Assembly (NCBI GenBank): GCA_964595645.1
Contig: CAZQQT010000009.1
Location: 1 to 64,000, forward strand
Source of the DNA: an uncultured Thermococci archaeon
Lineage (GTDB): Archaea; Methanobacteriota_B; Thermococci; Methanofastidiosales; B48-G16
DNA: 64,000 nt
Reading direction: 5' to 3'
Made by a program: the position numbers and the translations under genes. Under the pieces are notes generated by a model. The model did no database searches, was not told the origin of the DNA, and saw only the letters and a list, made by a program, of their open reading frames with translations. Shown here piece by piece: positions 58,354 through 64,000 of this stretch (position 1 is the first letter of the stretch; each line of letters begins with the position of its first letter).

Positions 58354-60069
58354 CTATTGCTCTAAGTGTTTCCTGATCTTAACGATCTTCACTGTATAAA
58401 TAAGTGTCTCACCAGCCAGGGGATGGTTGGTGTCCACTACTATCTCCTCATCAGTGATTTTGCGTATCTTTCCTTCCCCATACTCTGTCTGTATTCTGTC
58501 TCCAAGTGTGTATTCCTCTACATCCAACGTGAGGATGTATTTTCCATCGTGTTCCTTCACAGTAGCAGTACCATTTTTTGTATTCACAGATTCCTTAAAT
58601 ATTCGTTTAAGTGTGATAGATTCTTCAGTTTCATCAACAATCTCTGCTTCAAAGTACTCCAAAGAGATTTTTTCGTTAATTTGTCTCTTTATCCTCACAT
58701 CTCCTTCCTCAGTTATCTCTACAATCTCAGCCGGGCCATACTCTGTAATAATCGTCTTTCCTTCCAATGGCTGTCCATATTTCTCTGCATACTCTTCCAG
58801 AGGGATAATTTCTTCTTTTTTAATTGTTTCTTTTATGGGAACTTCATCTTTGATTGGTATGGATTTTATCTTTTCTTCTTTGTGCTCCCCATACGCTTCC
58901 TTTGGGCTGAGCGTGATGGTTTTTTCCTCTCCTGTTTTCATCCCTATAAGTTTTTCTTCAAAAACTTTGAAAAGCTCTATTTCTCCATGGTTAACTGATT
59001 CTATTTTAAAGGGAGCGTAATTATATTTCTTCTCGAAACTGTCTGTCTTCTCTGTAGAATTATCCTCTGCAATGTCTTTATGTGTCGTATCAAATACTTT
59101 TCCATTCTCGAGCTTACCTGTGTAGTCAATGAGAACCTGATCTCCTTTTTCAATTGCCCATTCACCTTCGAATTTTTTTGTGATATCCTCTATTTTTGCT
59201 TGCATTCGAATATATTTCAATAATTCAAACGTTATTTTTTCCTCCGTCACATCAACAACCTTTACAGGAAGATACTGCATATTACCCTGGAATCCACTAA
59301 ACTGGTTCATGATCACGGACCCCTTTTCCGGTATGTGTTTGATGTAGATTTTGTTCTCCTTTTCGTTTATCTCTTCAACAACAGCTCTCCCATAGATTGA
59401 GCTGATTTCTTCTCCTTCCCCCGATACGAACTCAATAGTCACCATACCTTGATCGACTTTGGCTACTACCGCTTTTCCAAAGAGGGTATCTATTTGCTGG
59501 CCTTCCTCTGGTTCTCCAAACTGTTGGGTAAACTGTGTTGTAGGAAGAGTCGCATTCAACGATCTGCTCTGTACTCTCTCAACCTCTGCAGTAGGTGGGA
59601 GATAGTAGTAAAGGCTGGGATCACCCTGTATAAAAATATCTTCACTTCGTATATAAAACTCAACGGTATCCCCAATTTTTTTCCCTAAAAACTTTTCATC
59701 TACTTTTGCCAATGCTCTCCCAAGCCCCTGATTATAGATATATCCTATTCTAAACTGCTCAGAATTGTATTGATGTGAATCATCCAATTTTGTTTCCCAG
59801 GTGGCGTTTTCATCTACTATACTCGTTAAAAACGGTTGTTGTTGTTCCTGGTAGCCACCTATATAATTGATTTCTATCGTGTCTCCAATACCTACGGTAT
59901 GTTTCCATTCCTTCTTTATCTGTGTGTAATTATAGAATAAAAAAACACTCAGAACAATTATTACAATAAGTAATCCTGTGTAAATGATCTTTCTATTCTG
60001 ATAGAGAAAGCTCTTTCGACGCTTTTTTCTTTTCAGCTTTCTTTCCAATTTTTTACTTTTCTTTGCCAC
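58354..60069 (-). CDS. Membrane-anchored tandem FKBP (SlyD-like) peptidyl-prolyl isomerase
   Basis: Basic N-terminus plus TM; degenerate first FKBP; second FKBP with YTGKLENGKVFDT, PKEAYG, NHPLAG. Confidence 0.85.
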   Translation of the reverse strand: MAKKSKKLERKLKRKKRRKSFLYQNRKIIYTGLLIVIIVLSVFLFYNYTQIKKEWKHTVGIGDTIEINYIGGYQEQQQPFLTSIVDENATWETKLDDSHQYNSEQFRIGYIYNQGLGRALAKVDEKFLGKKIGDTVEFYIRSEDIFIQGDPSLYYYLPPTAEVERVQSRSLNATLPTTQFTQQFGEPEEGQQIDTLFGKAVVAKVDQGMVTIEFVSGEGEEISSIYGRAVVEEINEKENKIYIKHIPEKGSVIMNQFSGFQGNMQYLPVKVVDVTEEKITFELLKYIRMQAKIEDITKKFEGEWAIEKGDQVLIDYTGKLENGKVFDTTHKDIAEDNSTEKTDSFEKKYNYAPFKIESVNHGEIELFKVFEEKLIGMKTGEEKTITLSPKEAYGEHKEEKIKSIPIKDEVPIKETIKKEEIIPLEEYAEKYGQPLEGKTIITEYGPAEIVEITEEGDVRIKRQINEKISLEYFEAEIVDETEESITLKRIFKESVNTKNGTATVKEHDGKYILTLDVEEYTLGDRIQTEYGEGKIRKITDEEIVVDTNHPLAGETLIYTVKIVKIRKHLEQ

Positions 60070-60174
60070 ATCATCACCTGCTTACAAAAATTTATATTCG
60101 TGCAATAAAAAGGTTGGTCCCTCACCTTAAAAATTGTTAATGGCCACTACTCTTCTTACAAAATCCTCTTATTA

Positions 60175-61161
60175 TCACCTCTCTTTGCTTGCAACGAGAA
60201 CACACCATTCTAAAACAGTCTCCTCAACAGGGAGACCATCGATACGTGCACCTTCAATAATCTCACTCTCCGGTGTTGGCCGTGCCTCTGCTTTGCACAG
60301 ATTGGCTATCTCCACCCTCCAGTCAGCATCTTTGAAGGCTTTAAGAGCTGAATCACGGAATAACAACTTATCCAATCCAGCTTCATTGATCAAAGAAGCA
60401 TTTGTTTCATCTTTTTCTGAGTAAAACTGTGAAACTACCAAAAACTCCCCTGACACAATCCGTTGAAGCTCATGGAGTAGTTTCCCTGGATTTTCAGTAT
60501 TGGGAAGCCCCATATTTGTCGTCATAGTTGACACGGTTCCATCTCTAAACGGCGTACGCCTAGCATCAACGGCAAGTAAACTAACACGGTCATAAAAATC
60601 GAAGAATTCAAACCGCTGACGATCTCGTCGGAGTACCTGTGGGCTAAAATCAGTGACAACAATAGGCCTTTCAGTGGAAGATACGAGCTTTTCCACAAGA
60701 TGCCCTCGTCCAGATGCCAGATCCACAACTGGTTCTTCTGATAATGAAAGCATTCCGAGAAGGTACGCAACTTGACTCTCCCAGCAGTCCAAATACGCCT
60801 GTGTGTACAATCTTTTTGTCGCTATCTCCTCTACTTCCTTTGCTTCTGAGTACTTTCCCTCTTTTTCTAGTAACTGCGCCCGAAAAAATTGATCCGCAGG
60901 ATTGAGCGCCTTCAATGGTGTTTCCATCAGCTGTTTTTTAGCTTTTGGATAACAACGGAAGTACTGCGTGAGATGATCCTCTGTCTCCTCCCAAAGGTCA
61001 TTTCTTGGTAGATCCGAAGCGAGAAATATGCCGATTCCATCACGGACTAAATAAACAACTTCACATCTACTACAATGAGCCTCAGCTGTTTCAATATGGC
61101 CTTTTTTCCTTTTGATAATATCCCAGTCCAGTGTGCCGTGACAGTCCGGACATTCCAACAT
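60175..61161 (-). CDS. Class I SAM methyltransferase with N-terminal Trm112-like Zn ribbon
   Basis: CPDC...CSRC; VVDLASGRG, TDFS, VDARRTPF. Confidence 0.82.
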   Translation of the reverse strand: MLECPDCHGTLDWDIIKRKKGHIETAEAHCSRCEVVYLVRDGIGIFLASDLPRNDLWEETEDHLTQYFRCYPKAKKQLMETPLKALNPADQFFRAQLLEKEGKYSEAKEVEEIATKRLYTQAYLDCWESQVAYLLGMLSLSEEPVVDLASGRGHLVEKLVSSTERPIVVTDFSPQVLRRDRQRFEFFDFYDRVSLLAVDARRTPFRDGTVSTMTTNMGLPNTENPGKLLHELQRIVSGEFLVVSQFYSEKDETNASLINEAGLDKLLFRDSALKAFKDADWRVEIANLCKAEARPTPESEIIEGARIDGLPVEETVLEWCVLVASKER

Positions 61162-61218
61162 CTCAAGTAAATAGGTATGTATAGTACCGATAGGGGCTTC
61201 AGAGGTTTTTAAGCTATT

Positions 61219-62310
61219 TCAATGAATGGAATAGTGCTTTTCACAATGCCGTGCAACGTAAAGAGACAACAGGTCGTCCTTATTCGTGTATAATCGTTCA
61301 CTGTGCGGATCACCAAATGTCTCCGCCAACTGTTTTGGAGAAACATTGAAAATCGTGTGAAATCCGAGAGGTGTATTGTGCTCAAATCGATCAAACATTG
61401 TTTTCACAGGATCCTCTTTTAAATTGCCAAGATTCCACCACGGCTCGAGTGTCCCCATGTTTGAAAAGACATTCCACGTACTTGTCACGTAGAATCCGAA
61501 AATTTCTAGATGAGAATATCCATATGGGAAGGAATCTTCTTCCTCCATGATCTCTGCGATCAGTTCGGCCTCCGTCTGCCATACGTTCGGTGTATCGTAA
61601 TGTCTCTGAGAGGCCTTAATAAGTTCTGCTGGTACAGAATCGGCGTCATCGAGAGTGGGACGGAGGTGTTCAATATTCCTCGCCTCGCCATCAGGACCCG
61701 GTGGGTGCATGAAGAGCTCGAACTCACCATCCAGTGACCTCACTCGATTCCGTAGATCCATTCTATCAACAAGATCGAGCAGATCCTCAAGTTCGGGAAG
61801 TATTTTCTTTGTGAAGAAAAACTGCCATCGAGGCTTCATCCCTACCTTCAACAATCGTTCAGTTGCTTTCACACAGTCCCGAAATGCTCCTTCACGTCTG
61901 TAAAACCAATCAGTAGTCTCCTCCATACCAAAAAATGTGATCTGACAGGTGTCAGGACCGACTTCTTTGGCCCATTCCGCATACTCCTCATCTCTCGCAA
62001 GTCTCCACACACTCAGCAGCTCAAACCGATGAGGGTCACCATCACTGAGTTCTCTCTCCAGTGCGTAGAGTTCTTGGTAGTTATCGGGAAAGTCAGGTTC
62101 CCAGACCCACGACATGATTTTGAGAGTGTCGATGAACGGTTTTGTCTCTCCCTTCCGAGTATAGCCGCGAAACTGTGCAGCAATTCTCCGCAGATCATCT
62201 TTTGTAATTCTTCCTCCAGGAGGCGGACCGAGCCAACAGTGACGACATCTGTTTGGACAGCCGTACATGTCCACAGCAACTGTAACATTTCGTGAAGGAA
62301 TCTTTGGCAT
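61219..62310 (-). CDS. Radical SAM protein
   Basis: CPNRCRHC; SD GAGGT before ATG 62310. Confidence 0.85.
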   Translation of the reverse strand: MPKIPSRNVTVAVDMYGCPNRCRHCWLGPPPGGRITKDDLRRIAAQFRGYTRKGETKPFIDTLKIMSWVWEPDFPDNYQELYALERELSDGDPHRFELLSVWRLARDEEYAEWAKEVGPDTCQITFFGMEETTDWFYRREGAFRDCVKATERLLKVGMKPRWQFFFTKKILPELEDLLDLVDRMDLRNRVRSLDGEFELFMHPPGPDGEARNIEHLRPTLDDADSVPAELIKASQRHYDTPNVWQTEAELIAEIMEEEDSFPYGYSHLEIFGFYVTSTWNVFSNMGTLEPWWNLGNLKEDPVKTMFDRFEHNTPLGFHTIFNVSPKQLAETFGDPHSERLYTNKDDLLSLYVARHCEKHYSIH

Positions 62311-62341
62311 GCAATACCTCTCTATCCAATTGTTGCCATGA

Positions 62342-63439
62342 TTATAAAATCTTCTGTAGACCGGTACCATCGAGCTGAAAATACTCCTCTCCCGCGCACG
62401 GAATACAGAGCATTTTTCTTTTCTTCTCCACAATTCTCAGCGCCATCACTTTTTCACCACAATATTCACATGTTAAACTTTCATATATGGGTGCATACTT
62501 TGGGAGATCCACCGTTACCCGCTCTACAGCAAAGAGCTCGTGGACGTTCTTTTTCAGGAGTGAAAATGCCTCGTCGGTAGAGAGCTTTCTAAATCGCGCC
62601 TTTTGCTTATCGGTGCCTCCTCTCTCCTTTACCACCTTCTCAAATAAGGCAGTATACTCGCTGTTTTCATTTTCATCTGTTGATGTTACTGCCACACGTA
62701 TCCCCTTTCCATCTCGTTTCGTGAGTGTAAAGGCTGTTTTTCCATAGTCTCGATAGATAAGTGCATTGTTACCAAAGGTACAGCCGGTGATATACTGAAT
62801 TCCATCAGCAAAACAGTTATTTGTCTCCACAATTGCAAGAATGTCCTCCATTCCTTCGGAGACTACGCCAAGCTCTTTCATGGCATAGGTAGCTGCTCGT
62901 ACACCCAACGCGAGTCCTGGACAGTAATGGCCGTGAAGCTCCCCAACACGTAATAACAGGGCCTCTTCATCTCCAGCTCGGAGATTTCGCCTGATCTCTA
63001 TGCGAGGATGTTTTTGTACATGCCCCCTTTTTACATTTTTCTGCTCTTTCTCATCTAAAAAGACAGAATATGGCTTTATATCCAGTACTGGTGTGCCATC
63101 CACCGCATCTAATCCCTTCACTCTCAGTTTTCTCCCATCTTTTTCGAGAAGTTTCACTGTGGTCACGCCGATGGCACTTGGCCTTCTTGGACTTCGAGAC
63201 GCAAACACTCCTTTAAAACTTCCACTATACGTGGTGCACTGCAATGAGTACTCCTCAGAAAGGTGGAAATGAAACACGATCTGGAGATACTCATTCTCTT
63301 CTATCTTATAAAGACCGTCCTCATAGTTCTGATCTATATAGATAGTACTTTCATGGTTTCTCATCTCGTGTGGATCCGCAGGCTCCTTAAATTTACTCCG
63401 TACCACACCAATTCTTGTGATTCCTTGCATTATTCTCAC
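62342..63439 (-). CDS. TrmO/TsaA-FmdE fusion with C-terminal Zn finger
   Basis: GVFASRSPRRP, GLDAVDGTPVLDIKPY; HGHYCPG, ETNNCFADG, GCTFG; CEYC...CIPC. Confidence 0.88.
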   Translation of the reverse strand: MRIMQGITRIGVVRSKFKEPADPHEMRNHESTIYIDQNYEDGLYKIEENEYLQIVFHFHLSEEYSLQCTTYSGSFKGVFASRSPRRPSAIGVTTVKLLEKDGRKLRVKGLDAVDGTPVLDIKPYSVFLDEKEQKNVKRGHVQKHPRIEIRRNLRAGDEEALLLRVGELHGHYCPGLALGVRAATYAMKELGVVSEGMEDILAIVETNNCFADGIQYITGCTFGNNALIYRDYGKTAFTLTKRDGKGIRVAVTSTDENENSEYTALFEKVVKERGGTDKQKARFRKLSTDEAFSLLKKNVHELFAVERVTVDLPKYAPIYESLTCEYCGEKVMALRIVEKKRKMLCIPCAGEEYFQLDGTGLQKIL

Positions 63440-63440
63440 C

Positions 63441-64000
63441 TTAAAGATACTCTATGAGAAAATCAATAATAACGTTCTCTGCCAAGACGAGCTCTTCATG
63501 CAACGTAGAATTGGAGACGCCGAGTTTCCTCGCGACATGTTTCAATGTTGTATGTCGTGGAGAGTTATAATATCCCATTGTGTGTGCCTTTTTCAATGCG
63601 TGTAACTGCTTCTCTGTCAGCTGACTTCGTATTTCATCAAGACTCAGAAATATCGAGGACTCGGGATCCTGGAACTGATGCATACTCTCAATTTTAACCT
63701 CTGAATATCTTTTCAGTTCGCTAATTGCACGTTTCAATGTGTCTTTATCTGGAACAAGTATTTTGTAGTGTTTTGCACCATTCATTGTGTATACAGGATT
63801 AGGAAGAAGGTAAAAACAGCCGTTCTCCGCAAGCACCTTGTGAACTCTATATTTATTTTCGCAGTTGCATATCGCCTCAACTATCATCTCGTTATTTCCT
63901 TCAGAAACAATATTGAGCTCAACAATTGTGTCATCCTTCAACGCATCATTGTACGCATCCATCAAAATATTATCTCCCGTAAATGTCCATCTGCTCAATC
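63441..64000 (-). CDS. Bat-like (HTH_10) regulator, 5' end probably outside the window
   Basis: LTEKQ...A...GYYNSPR...LGVSNSTLHEEL...AE. Confidence 0.85.
   Translation of the reverse strand, partial: LSRWTFTGDNILMDAYNDALKDDTIVELNIVSEGNNEMIVEAICNCENKYRVHKVLAENGCFYLLPNPVYTMNGAKHYKILVPDKDTLKRAISELKRYSEVKIESMHQFQDPESSIFLSLDEIRSQLTEKQLHALKKAHTMGYYNSPRHTTLKHVARKLGVSNSTLHEELVLAENVIIDFLIEYL

Overview
Archaeal chromosome segment: archaeal ribosomal proteins, BRE/TATA promoters and GGAGG/GGTGA Shine-Dalgarno (SD) sites. Gene content and order resemble Thermococci and allied lineages such as Theionarchaea/Methanofastidiosa (inference). In order: a broken and an intact ThiS/MoaD-like gene; a methionine operon (metB, MetV-like/metF, split metE, an aspartate kinase-homoserine kinase fusion, frameshifted asd); an LrpA/Ptr2-like regulator divergent from a 10-gene oxidative-stress cluster (two small genes missed by the ORF track); repair and housekeeping genes (sfsA, ogg, pfpI, pncB, folC, leuS, trkAH); an accessory block (two orphan histidine kinases, a secreted/wHTH/membrane trio, OCD, class V PLP enzyme, broken GNAT, a PKD/Ig-repeat surface protein); tRNA-Leu(GAG) and tRNA-Ser(GGA) with the rpl3-to-rpoD ribosomal superoperon (adk absent); a membrane-anchored double FKBP; and an HTH/TrmO-FmdE/radical SAM/methyltransferase cluster. 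No CRISPR, rRNA, transposase or integrase was seen. Best leads: a C10 tract abutting the promoter of a surface protein that also carries an identical 291-bp duplication and an unassigned C-terminal domain; the secreted/wHTH/membrane trio; the AK-HSK fusion; a duplicated acidic domain on L32e; rpoD reading into tRNA-Leu; a structured rpl3 leader; and near-identical met and ribosomal promoters. All calls come from motif recognition by eye; no searches were run.
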